Below, in pieces: positions 49,300 through 58,384 of a stretch of 64,000 bases of DNA. The DNA comes from Flavobacteriales bacterium. Its GTDB lineage: Bacteria > Bacteroidota > Bacteroidia > Flavobacteriales_D > Cryomorphaceae. Location: assembly GCA_038321615.1 (NCBI GenBank), contig JBBQFC010000004.1, positions 12,768 to 76,767 of the forward strand, read 5' to 3'. Positions within the stretch are counted from its first letter, which is position 1, and every line of letters starts with the position of its first letter. Position numbers and translations under genes: made by a program. The notes beneath the pieces are model-generated. The model saw only the letters and a program-made list of their open reading frames with translations, was not told the origin of the DNA and did not search any database.

Positions 49300-49710
49300 A
49301 TGGAAATCAAGGTAACCATTGAGCATCTGGGCGGCGGATTGCGATTTAGAGCTAAAAACGCTGCGGGGCTCACCGCCCTAATTGATGGTGGCTCATCGCC
49401 GGAAGGTATGCGGCCAATGGAGTTTTTGCTCAGCGCATTAGGTTCTTGCACCGCTTTCGATGCCCTCTTGATTCTCGAAAAGCAGCGTCAGAAAGTTGAA
49501 AAATTTGAAGTGGAAATCCGTGGTACGCGTCCCGATAATCTACCTGTAAAGCCCTTTACTGCCATAGAACTCGTGTTTCATCTAAGTGGCGATCTCGATC
49601 GGGCAAAAGTCGAGCGCGCATTTTCCCTTTCGCTCGAAAAATATTGTTCCGTAAAGGCGTCGCTCGACCCAAACATTTCGATCGCCCATCGCGTAGAACT
49701 TTCAGCCTGA
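49300..49710 (+). CDS. OsmC/Ohr-family peroxiredoxin-like protein
   Basis: Conserved Cys pair in LLSALGSCTAFD and EKYCSV. 136 aa. Confidence 0.8.
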   Translation: MEIKVTIEHLGGGLRFRAKNAAGLTALIDGGSSPEGMRPMEFLLSALGSCTAFDALLILEKQRQKVEKFEVEIRGTRPDNLPVKPFTAIELVFHLSGDLDRAKVERAFSLSLEKYCSVKASLDPNISIAHRVELSA

Positions 49711-49738
49711 ATTTAAAGCGCTTACCCCCCTTAACGCT

Positions 49739-50563
49739 ATGGATGCACTCTTTTTAAAATCACTTTACGCGCGGAATAAAAACTGCGATCGCTGCCCTTC
49801 GCCTAAACAGATAGCCGAATTTACCCGCGGTATTATTCGCTTTCTCTTCCCCGACTTCGACAAGAAGGAATTTAACACCTTGAGGGAGTTTCAACTTTAT
49901 GCAGATCAACTCAAGGTCGATCTTGAGCAGATCCTCACCAGCAACTCAGGCGAACAATCTCAAGCACAGATTATTACAGAATCTTTTTTTGACGCGCTCC
50001 CCGATCTCTCCGAATTGATCGGCGAAGACATCACAGCTATGTACATGGGTGATCCGGCGGCTCGATCCGAATCGGAGATTATCCGAAGCTATCCCGGCTT
50101 TTTCGCTATCGCTTCTTACCGCATCGCTCATGTGCTGAAAAACCTGGGCGTTCAACTTATTCCCCGGCTCATCACCGAGCAAGCACATAGCCGCACAGGT
50201 ATTGATATTCACCCCGGAGCCACCATCGGGCGGAGTTTTTGTATAGACCATGGCACGGGCGTAGTAATTGGAGAAACGAGCCATATAGGCAAGCACGTTA
50301 AAATTTACCAAGGGGTAACCCTCGGTGGGCTTAGCGTCGATAAAGCCGATGCCGATACGAAACGCCATCCCACCATTGGCGATCACGTGGTGATTTACGC
50401 CGGAGCAACTATTTTGGGTGGACAGACCGAAATCGGCCACCATGCTGTGATAGGGGGTAATGTATGGCTCACACGGAGCGTGCCGCCGCACACGAAAGTT
50501 TATTACAAAGCGGCTCTAACCAATGGCGATGGCGACACCGACCTGATTGAATACAAATTATGA
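49739..50563 (+). CDS. cysE: Serine O-acetyltransferase
   Basis: Left-handed beta-helix hexapeptide region GIDIHPGATIGRSFCIDHGTGVVIGETSHIGKHVKIYQGVTLGG. 4-nt overlap with cysM. Confidence 0.88.
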   Translation: MDALFLKSLYARNKNCDRCPSPKQIAEFTRGIIRFLFPDFDKKEFNTLREFQLYADQLKVDLEQILTSNSGEQSQAQIITESFFDALPDLSELIGEDITAMYMGDPAARSESEIIRSYPGFFAIASYRIAHVLKNLGVQLIPRLITEQAHSRTGIDIHPGATIGRSFCIDHGTGVVIGETSHIGKHVKIYQGVTLGGLSVDKADADTKRHPTIGDHVVIYAGATILGGQTEIGHHAVIGGNVWLTRSVPPHTKVYYKAALTNGDGDTDLIEYKL

Positions 50564-51438
50564 AGCTCATCGATTTAATTGGCAATACTCCACAGGTTGA
50601 AATAAGCCATATTTGGAAAAATCCAAAAGTCAAAATCTCCGGCAAGCTCGAAGGTCATAACCCGGGCGGAAGCGTAAAGGACCGAGCTGCTTATGGCATG
50701 ATAACAGGTGCACTAGAACGCGGCGACATTAAAGCCGGCGATAAATTGGTGGAAGCCACAAGTGGCAATACCGGTATAGCATTGGCCATGATCGCGCGGC
50801 TTCTCCAGCTTGATATGACGCTTATAATGCCCGAAAACAGCACCGCGGAAAGGGTGCAGACAATGCGAGCTTTTGGGGCAAAAGTGATTTTGAGCCCTGC
50901 CGAAGGCACCATAGAATACTCCCGCGAGCTTGCCGAAAAAATGGCGAACGAAGAGGGTTATTATATGCTTGATCAGTTTTCAAATCCCGACAATTGGAAA
51001 ATGCATTTCCGAACAACCGGGCCAGAAATTTGGAGAGACACCGAAGGAAAGGTTACGCACTTTATTAGTGCAATGGGCACAACCGGCACTATTATGGGCG
51101 TATCTCGCTATCTGAAATCGCAAAATCCCGAAGTTCAAATCATTGGCACCCAGCCCACCGAAGGATCGAGCATACCGGGCATACGCCGATGGAGCCCAGC
51201 TTTCTTACCCAAAATTTACGAAGCTTGGCGCGTAGATCGACAAATAGAAGTGAGCCAAGCAGAAGCCACCACTATGGCGCTGAGACTAGCGCGCGAAGAA
51301 GCGATCTTCTCGGGCATGAGTAGCGGCGGTGCCCTGACCGCAGCGCTGCGCGTAGCCGAAGAGCTCGAAGAAGGCCATATCGTGTTTATTGTCTGCGACC
51401 GTGGCGATCGATACCTAAGCTCGGATCTTTTCGCTTAA
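50560..51438 (+). CDS. cysM: Cysteine synthase B-type O-acetylserine sulfhydrylase
   Basis: PLP lysine motif NPGGSVKDRAA. EATSGNTGIALA. The C-terminal half (QPTEGSSIPGIRRW...CDRGDRYLSS) matches E. coli CysM closely. Confidence 0.9.
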   Translation: MKLIDLIGNTPQVEISHIWKNPKVKISGKLEGHNPGGSVKDRAAYGMITGALERGDIKAGDKLVEATSGNTGIALAMIARLLQLDMTLIMPENSTAERVQTMRAFGAKVILSPAEGTIEYSRELAEKMANEEGYYMLDQFSNPDNWKMHFRTTGPEIWRDTEGKVTHFISAMGTTGTIMGVSRYLKSQNPEVQIIGTQPTEGSSIPGIRRWSPAFLPKIYEAWRVDRQIEVSQAEATTMALRLAREEAIFSGMSSGGALTAALRVAEELEEGHIVFIVCDRGDRYLSSDLFA

Positions 51439-51579
51439 TACTTCCGGAGCGCAAGGTCAAAACATTGACCATTCGCCGCGTGTTTTTGGTTTCTTAACGC
51501 GCTATTGCACCATTTATGCTTAAGCATGTTAATTGTCGCGAGTTTTTTCTTTGCTTCGCAAGATAAACTTGCTCTCGCT

Positions 51580-54500
51580 ATGCTTATTAACCGATTATTG
51601 GCTGTAGCCGCCATTTGCACATCTTCACTCCTATCGGCTCAAACGCCTGAAGTTTCTTGGCTCCGTTTCCCCAGTATCTCGCCCGATGGCTCTACCGTAG
51701 CCTTTGCCTACCAAGGCGATATCTTCACCGTGCCCATGTCGGGCGGGGCAGCAAAGCAGATTACCCTACATGAAGCTTACGAAAGTCATCCCGTATGGAG
51801 CCGGGACGGGAAGTCGATCGCTTTTGCAAGTATGCGCTATGGCAACGATGACGTGTTTACAGTATCGGCAGAAGGTGGAGTACCCCAGCGACTTACTTTC
51901 CATAGCGCCGGCGATATTCCCCAGTGTTTCTCGCCCGATGGATCGAAAGTGCTCTTTAGCTCTTCGCGTTTAGATGCACAATCGGCCATATTATTCCCGT
52001 CAGGAGTGCTTCCCGAACTCTACGAAATGAGCGTAAGTGGTGGTCGCGAGCGACAAATTCTGACTACTCCGGCTATGGACGTGATATTTAATAAAGCGGG
52101 CGATTTAATGGCGTTCCATGACCAAAAGGGTTATGAAGACGATTTGCGAAAGCACCATACCTCATCTGTAGCACGCGACATATGGACGTACAATACAGCG
52201 AGTAAGGCCTTCACGCAGATTACCACCTGGGAAGGTGAAGACCGAAACCCTGTATTTTATGCCCCCGACAAAATCTACTTTCTGAGTGAACGCAGTGGAT
52301 CTTTCAACGTGTGGAAAGCAGATATTACAGATGGAAAAGAGCAAAATGCCCAGCAAGTAAGTTTCTTTGAAAAGCACCCGGTTCGCGAGCTTTCCATCGC
52401 CGAAAACGGCATGATCGTATTTGTATTCAACGGTGATCTCTATACCCAGCTGCCCCCCGCTGAACCTGTGAAAGTGGAAGTAATGGTGAAGCGCGACCGC
52501 CGTTACAACGATGTAACAGTGGAACTTATTAGCGGCGATTGCAGCGAGTTTTTGCTTTCGCCAAATGAAAAAGAAATAGCCTTCATTGTGCGTGGTGAAG
52601 TATTTATTACCTCCATCGAATTTAACGATACGAAGCGCATAACCAATACCCCTGAGCAAGAGCGCGACCTGGCCTTCAATAGCGCTGGCACGAAACTCAT
52701 GTATTCCAGCGAGCGAAATCAAAGCTGGAACATCTATGAAGCCGCGCTTGGCAGAAAAGAAGAGAAATACTTCTACAACAGCACCTTAATTGCTGAGAAA
52801 GCCTTGGTAGAAACCACTGCCGAAACCTTCCAAGCCACCTACTCGCCCGACGATAAAGAGATTGCCTTTTTGGAAAACCGCACTACTTTGCGCGTTAAAA
52901 ATCTAGCTTCTGGCGCTACTCGCACCGTATTGCCCGGGAATCTTAACTACAGCTATTCCGATGGCGACCAATATTACACTTGGGCGCCCGATAGTAAGTG
53001 GTTGCTAATAGAATTCAATGATCAAAATCGCTGGGTTAGTCAAGTGGGACTTGTGAAAGCAAGTGGCGAAGAACCACCGATAAACCTAAGCCAAAGCGGG
53101 TACAATAACAACCGCCCAAAATTTGGAATGGACGGAAAAATGATCTATTGGATGAGCGATAAGGATGGCTTCCGGTCGCACGGGAGTTGGGGATCGCAAT
53201 CGGATGTGTTTGCTTTGTTTTTAACGATCGACGCTTACAAGCAATTCACACTCGATAAGGCCGATTACGCCTATTGGAAAGAGCAGAAAGAAGAAAAGGA
53301 CAAAGAAAAAGAGAAATCCAAAGACGATTCCAAAGGCAAGGACAAGGATAAAAAAGACGAAGATGACAAGAAAAAGGAGCCTGTAAAACCCATTGAAATA
53401 GATTGGGAAGGGCTGCAAGATCGAAAGCTTAAACTCACCATATTCTCGTCGTTCCTGGCCGATTTTGTATTAAGTAAAGATGCTGAAACACTTTATTATT
53501 TGGCTTCCACCGGCGAAGAAGTAAACCTTTGGCAAACCAAGTTTAGAGAAAAAGAAACCAAAATTCTGGCAGAAGTGAAGGGCAACTATTCCGCTTTGAA
53601 CATCGATAAGGAATCTAAATTTATCTATCTCGAAAACGCGGGAAACCTTCACAAGGTAGATTTGAGCGATGGAGCAGTAAAAGGCATTGCCTTTTCGAGT
53701 GAAATGTTGCTCAATACCGATGCCGAGCGGCGCTACATGTTTGAGCATGCCTGGCGCCAATTTCGAGATAAGTTCTACCTGGTCGATATACATGGTGCCG
53801 ATTGGCAATATTACCACGACAACTACGCACAGTTTCTGCCACATATCAACAACGGGTACGATTTTGCCGACCTGCTCAGCGAGATGCTCGGTGAAGCCAA
53901 TGCATCGCATACCGGAGCATTCTACCGCGATAATATGCCTACCGGCGATGCCACAGCGAGCTTGGGCATATTTACAGATCCCGATTATACCGGTGCAGGC
54001 ATTCGGATTTTAGAACTCCTGCCAAAAAGTCCCTTGTTGAACGAAGGAAAAAAAGTGTCAAATGGGGTAATCATCGAAAAAATTGATGGGCAACCAATAC
54101 CCGCCGGCATCAACTACTGGCCCCTGCTCAACCGCAAAGCGGACAAAAAAGTGTTGATCTCCTATTTCAACCCGGCTAATAATAAGCGGTGGGACGAAGT
54201 AGTAGAACCCATAACGCGTGGAGCTGAGAACCAATTGCTTTACGAGCGATGGGTAAACACGCGAGAAGCCGAAACCAAGCGACTTTCCGACGGGAAGATT
54301 GGCTACGTGCACGTGCGCGGAATGGACTCCGAAAGCTTCCGCGAAGTGTATAGCAACGCCTTGGGCAAGTACAATGCCTGCGACGCGTTGGTAGTGGATA
54401 CCCGCTTCAACGGCGGCGGCTGGCTGCACGACGACTTGGCGACTTTCCTGAGCGGCGAAGCTTACATGCAGTTTGTACCCCGTGGACAAGAAAATCTAGG

Positions 54501-54852
54501 AGCCGAACCCATTGCTAAATGGCAGAAACCATCCGCAGTGATAATGAGCGAAAGCAACTACTCCGACGCCCATCTCTTCCCCTACACGTATAAGTTTTTT
54601 AATATTGGAAAACTGGTCGGGATGCCGGTACCCGGCACAGGCACAGCCGTGTGGTGGGAATCGATGATCGACGGCACCGTATTCGGGATTCCACAGCTAG
54701 GCATGCGCGACACTAAAACTGGCAAGCTTATGGAAAACCTGCAACTGGAGCCCGATATCAGAGTGTTCAACGAACCCGCAAAATCAGGTCAAGGTACGGA
54801 TCAACAGCTGGAAGCGGCAGTGAAACATTTATTAGAAATTACTGCCCGCTAA
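51580..54852 (+). CDS. Tricorn-protease-like S41 peptidase with beta-propeller domains
   Basis: N-terminus WLRFPSISPDGSTVAFAYQGDIFTVP...HPVWSRDGKSIAFAS (TolB/tricorn propeller). C-terminal S41-like VVDTRFNGGGW. Signal peptide from ATG 51580. Confidence 0.85.
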   Translation: MLINRLLAVAAICTSSLLSAQTPEVSWLRFPSISPDGSTVAFAYQGDIFTVPMSGGAAKQITLHEAYESHPVWSRDGKSIAFASMRYGNDDVFTVSAEGGVPQRLTFHSAGDIPQCFSPDGSKVLFSSSRLDAQSAILFPSGVLPELYEMSVSGGRERQILTTPAMDVIFNKAGDLMAFHDQKGYEDDLRKHHTSSVARDIWTYNTASKAFTQITTWEGEDRNPVFYAPDKIYFLSERSGSFNVWKADITDGKEQNAQQVSFFEKHPVRELSIAENGMIVFVFNGDLYTQLPPAEPVKVEVMVKRDRRYNDVTVELISGDCSEFLLSPNEKEIAFIVRGEVFITSIEFNDTKRITNTPEQERDLAFNSAGTKLMYSSERNQSWNIYEAALGRKEEKYFYNSTLIAEKALVETTAETFQATYSPDDKEIAFLENRTTLRVKNLASGATRTVLPGNLNYSYSDGDQYYTWAPDSKWLLIEFNDQNRWVSQVGLVKASGEEPPINLSQSGYNNNRPKFGMDGKMIYWMSDKDGFRSHGSWGSQSDVFALFLTIDAYKQFTLDKADYAYWKEQKEEKDKEKEKSKDDSKGKDKDKKDEDDKKKEPVKPIEIDWEGLQDRKLKLTIFSSFLADFVLSKDAETLYYLASTGEEVNLWQTKFREKETKILAEVKGNYSALNIDKESKFIYLENAGNLHKVDLSDGAVKGIAFSSEMLLNTDAERRYMFEHAWRQFRDKFYLVDIHGADWQYYHDNYAQFLPHINNGYDFADLLSEMLGEANASHTGAFYRDNMPTGDATASLGIFTDPDYTGAGIRILELLPKSPLLNEGKKVSNGVIIEKIDGQPIPAGINYWPLLNRKADKKVLISYFNPANNKRWDEVVEPITRGAENQLLYERWVNTREAETKRLSDGKIGYVHVRGMDSESFREVYSNALGKYNACDALVVDTRFNGGGWLHDDLATFLSGEAYMQFVPRGQENLGAEPIAKWQKPSAVIMSESNYSDAHLFPYTYKFFNIGKLVGMPVPGTGTAVWWESMIDGTVFGIPQLGMRDTKTGKLMENLQLEPDIRVFNEPAKSGQGTDQQLEAAVKHLLEITAR

Positions 54853-54865
54853 GGGCCAATCAGAA

Positions 54866-55744
54866 TTAAGCGGTAACCCCCATTAATTCGGCCATCTTAG
54901 CGCCAATCTGAGCGGGTGAGTCCACTACGTGGATGCCACAATCGCGTAGAATTGCTTTCTTCGCTTCGGCGGTATCGTCGTGGCCACCTACTATCGCTCC
55001 GGCGTGGCCCATAGTGCGGCCCTTTGGAGCGGTAACTCCAGCTATAAAACCTACCACAGGCTTGGTGCCATGCTCTTTGATCCACCGGGCAGCATCGGCT
55101 TCGAGGTTGCCCCCAATTTCGCCGATCATTACGATTCCTTCTGTACCCGGATCGGCCATAAGCATCTGAACGGCTTGCTTGGTGGTAGTGCCAATTATTG
55201 GATCTCCGCCAATGCCAATGGCCGTAGATTGACCCATCCCAGCTTTGGTAATTTGATCCACCGCTTCGTAGGTAAGCGTACCCGATTTCGAAACGATTCC
55301 AATAGTTCCTTTTTTGAAAATAAAGCCGGGCATGATCCCCACTTTGGCTTCACCAGCTGTCATCACTCCAGGGCAGTTGGGTCCAATTAAGATGCAATCG
55401 CGTGCATCAACATATTGCTTCACCTTTACCATATCGTTCACCGGAATACCTTCGGTGATTGTTACAATCACCTTGATACCAGCTTCGGCCGCTTCAAGTA
55501 TAGCATCGGCAGCAAATGCCGGGGGCACAAAAATGATCGAAACGTCGGCACCTGTTTTGGCGACAGCCTGAGCTACGGTGTCGAATACTGGTCGGTCGAG
55601 GTGCGTTTGCCCGCCTTTTCCGGGGGTAACCCCTCCTACCACATTGGTGCCGTACTCTATCATTTGGCCGGCATGGAAGCTACCTTCCGACCCTGTAAAA
55701 CCTTGTACAATGACTTTTGAATTTTTGTTGACGAGCACGCTCAT
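54866..55744 (-). CDS. sucD: Succinate--CoA ligase subunit alpha
   Basis: [14 protein letters not shown], phosphohistidine loop [15 protein letters not shown]. 292 aa. Confidence 0.95.
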   Translation of the reverse strand: MSVLVNKNSKVIVQGFTGSEGSFHAGQMIEYGTNVVGGVTPGKGGQTHLDRPVFDTVAQAVAKTGADVSIIFVPPAFAADAILEAAEAGIKVIVTITEGIPVNDMVKVKQYVDARDCILIGPNCPGVMTAGEAKVGIMPGFIFKKGTIGIVSKSGTLTYEAVDQITKAGMGQSTAIGIGGDPIIGTTTKQAVQMLMADPGTEGIVMIGEIGGNLEADAARWIKEHGTKPVVGFIAGVTAPKGRTMGHAGAIVGGHDDTAEAKKAILRDCGIHVVDSPAQIGAKMAELMGVTA

Positions 55745-55778
55745 AGTGGCTGAATAAATGGGGTTAAAATTTCGGGTA

Positions 55779-55786
55779 CAAACATA
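55779..55786 (-). promoter_or_regulatory. -7 promoter box TAtgTTTG, 34 nt upstream of the sucD ATG
   Basis: Plus strand reads CAAACATA. Confidence 0.4.
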
Positions 55787-55907
55787 CTTTAATAAGGTGT
55801 GGACGCCAAACCGACATGATCAAAATTGATCGAGAATTCAGAACCTTTTAAAATAGAAGTCCTACCAGGTCGAAAGATTCGCTCCTACCCGTCAAGCTCA
55901 CGTTCTC

Positions 55908-56120
55908 CTAATGTTGAACTCCATCTGGTTTATTCGGAAGAATATCATAAACCGCTTTTGACATAAATAAGTGCCTACCGCGTGGTTTTGCGTGTCCGCA
56001 GATTCGTGCGGTTGTACTCATGACATCGCCGCTAAAGTCGGGTTGCTTTTTCAAGTCGCCCACATAGGCCACCATTACTTCGCCAATGTGCTGTGCCGAT
56101 CGAAACATAGGCTTTAGCAT
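55908..56120 (-). CDS. Small hypothetical protein (70 aa)
   Basis: The only ORF in the gap between sucD and the lipocalin-like gene. No recognisable motif or promoter box. Confidence 0.3.
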   Translation of the reverse strand: MLKPMFRSAQHIGEVMVAYVGDLKKQPDFSGDVMSTTARICGHAKPRGRHLFMSKAVYDILPNKPDGVQH

Positions 56121-56151
56121 GATTTAAAGAAAATTTCAAAAAATAGCGGTA

Positions 56152-56177
56152 TAAAAAAACAGGCCCGAAGGCCTGTT
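56152..56177 (-). terminator. Intrinsic terminator after the lipocalin-like lipoprotein gene
   Basis: Minus strand reads AACAGGCC-TTCG-GGCCTGTT followed by TTTTTTT. Confidence 0.75.
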
Positions 56178-56198
56178 CTTAAATTTTCGGAGCGTCCG

Positions 56199-56672
56199 TT
56201 AATTGTAAGTAGTAGTGAAGGTATAAGTAACGTTTTGAATTACGAATGTTTCAGTAGTTGTTAATGCAGTACTGCTCAATGCAGTAACCACATATTCAGT
56301 TGATTGTCCTCCCGCCGTAAGAACTACGCGAGTCTCGTCACTATTCCATATCCAAACTCCGCTCTGTATTACCTGTGGATCATTTGGATCGCATTTGGAT
56401 GCACCTTCTTCATTCGTAAAAGTGCCATTTGCGTTGAGCTTTAAAAAATCGTCCAAATCGCAGGCTTGAAGAAAAGGGATCAAATTGTTCTCTTGCGTAC
56501 CATTTCCATCTAAGTCAATTGCTGGTTCCACATTCAAACTTACTACTGACCAAGACTGCGATGTAATAAGCTGTGATCTAGTGGGCGCTGGTTCATCTTC
56601 ATCGTCATCGCCGCAACTAACCATTACAAAAGATAACAGGGCGAGCATGGGTAAAAATTTCAATACGTTCAT
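56199..56672 (-). CDS. Small lipoprotein (lipocalin-like)
   Basis: Lipobox LALLSFVMVSC followed by an acidic linker GDDDEDEP. Beta-rich 157 aa. Confidence 0.55.
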   Translation of the reverse strand: MNVLKFLPMLALLSFVMVSCGDDDEDEPAPTRSQLITSQSWSVVSLNVEPAIDLDGNGTQENNLIPFLQACDLDDFLKLNANGTFTNEEGASKCDPNDPQVIQSGVWIWNSDETRVVLTAGGQSTEYVVTALSSTALTTTETFVIQNVTYTFTTTYN

Positions 56673-56967
56673 TTTGGGTTGATTTAAGTGTTTTTGGTTT
56701 ATCGATTAGATTTTGGAAGGTGAACAGTGCATGTTCTCTGTTCATCTAACGCGAGCGAAGATATACAACTGGTTGAAATTCTAAATTGAATATTTGATGA
56801 AATTACGCGCCATGTGGCAGCTGCGAAATAATTCTGATTGCGCATATTGAAAAAGCTACGAAACCCTCTATAGCATTCCCGATTATAACGGTGACAGAGA
56901 CATCCATTATATCCTAGCTGGATAATAAGCGCATAAATTTCTCACTTTCTTGAAAGCCCAGTTCCCC

Positions 56968-56975
56968 TACCTTTG
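56968..56975 (+). promoter_or_regulatory. -7 promoter box TAccTTTG, 5 nt upstream of the mnmE ATG
   Basis: Plus strand reads TACCTTTG-CCGCA-ATG. Confidence 0.4.
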
Positions 56976-56980
56976 CCGCA

Positions 56981-58351
56981 ATGATAGCCTCACCATCTGA
57001 CACTATTTGCGCACTCTCCACTCCCGCAGGTACGGGCGCTTTAGGCGTTATTCGCATTTCTGGAAAAGATGCAACACTGATTTTTCAACGTATTTTCTCG
57101 AAGCACATAGAAAAGGCTCCGGGCTACACCCTGCATTACGGCGAGATACGCTGGAATAAGGAGCCGATCGATGAAGTGATGGTCAGTATTTTCCGCGCTC
57201 CCCGATCGTTTACCGGCGAAGATACCGTGGAAGTATCCTGCCATGGCTCTCCTTATATTCTTTCGCAAGTCATGCAGGCGCTTCTGGCAAATGGCTGCCG
57301 ATTGGCCGCACCGGGCGAGTTTAGCATGCGGGCATTTGCCAACGGTAAAATGGACTTGAGCCAGGCTGAAGCCATAGCCGACTTAATCGCTTCTTCTTCG
57401 CAAGCGGAACATAAACTCGCCATGAATCAAATGCGGGGACAGTTTTCGAAGGAGATTTCGGCGCTTCGGCAAAAGCTTATTCACTTTGCTTCCCTGATCG
57501 AATTGGAGCTCGATTTTGGAGAAGAAGATGTGACCTTCGCCGACCGCGATGATCTGAAAAAGCTCATTACGGAAATCCTGCAAATAGTATCGGGTCTTGC
57601 CGAAAGTTTTGCGCTTGGAAAGGTGCTCAAAAGCGGTATTCCAGTGGCTATTTTGGGTGCTCCCAATCGCGGGAAATCGACCTTACTCAACGCCTTGCTT
57701 AGAGAAGACCGCGCCATAGTGAGCGCCATTGCAGGTACCACGCGCGATACCATCGAAGATGAGACCGTAATCGAAGGCGTGCGTTTTCGCTTTATCGATA
57801 CCGCCGGCCTTCGCGACACGGTAGATGAAATCGAACTAATCGGCATCGGGCGGGCCATGGAGAAGGCCGACAAGGCGCGAATTGTACTCTATCTGGTCGA
57901 AGCTGATATGCATACAGATGAGATCACCGCAGAGATTGCCGCTTCGAAAAGCCGTATAAGTGGAGATGCCGAATGGATCATTCTGGCCAATAAAGCCGAT
58001 AAATTATCTCCAACAGAGCTTAGCGATCGCTTCCCAAACGAAGTGCTTCCAATCAGCGCATTCACCGGCCTGGGTCTCCCAGCGCTCATTGCGAAATTGG
58101 TGGAGCTTTCTCAGATCAAGACCATTGCTTCCGGCGATTTAGTGGTGACCAACCTCCGCCACTTCGAAGCGCTGCGCCATACCGAAGAAGCGCTTAGCGT
58201 AGCACTACACGGCCTTGAAACCGGCATCACCGGCGACTTTGTAGCCATGGACATCCGCAGGGCACTTTACCACCTCGGCGAGATCACCGGCGCGATTACA
58301 ACCGATGATTTGCTGGGGAATATCTTTAGTAAGTTTTGTATTGGGAAGTAA
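56981..58351 (+). CDS. mnmE: tRNA modification GTPase MnmE (TrmE)
   Basis: G1 motif GAPNRGKSTLLNAL, DTAGLR, NKAD, and the C-terminal FCIGK signature. Confidence 0.95.
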   Translation: MIASPSDTICALSTPAGTGALGVIRISGKDATLIFQRIFSKHIEKAPGYTLHYGEIRWNKEPIDEVMVSIFRAPRSFTGEDTVEVSCHGSPYILSQVMQALLANGCRLAAPGEFSMRAFANGKMDLSQAEAIADLIASSSQAEHKLAMNQMRGQFSKEISALRQKLIHFASLIELELDFGEEDVTFADRDDLKKLITEILQIVSGLAESFALGKVLKSGIPVAILGAPNRGKSTLLNALLREDRAIVSAIAGTTRDTIEDETVIEGVRFRFIDTAGLRDTVDEIELIGIGRAMEKADKARIVLYLVEADMHTDEITAEIAASKSRISGDAEWIILANKADKLSPTELSDRFPNEVLPISAFTGLGLPALIAKLVELSQIKTIASGDLVVTNLRHFEALRHTEEALSVALHGLETGITGDFVAMDIRRALYHLGEITGAITTDDLLGNIFSKFCIGK

Positions 58352-58384
58352 GGGGTTACATTCAACCGTACCCGCAGACATTGA

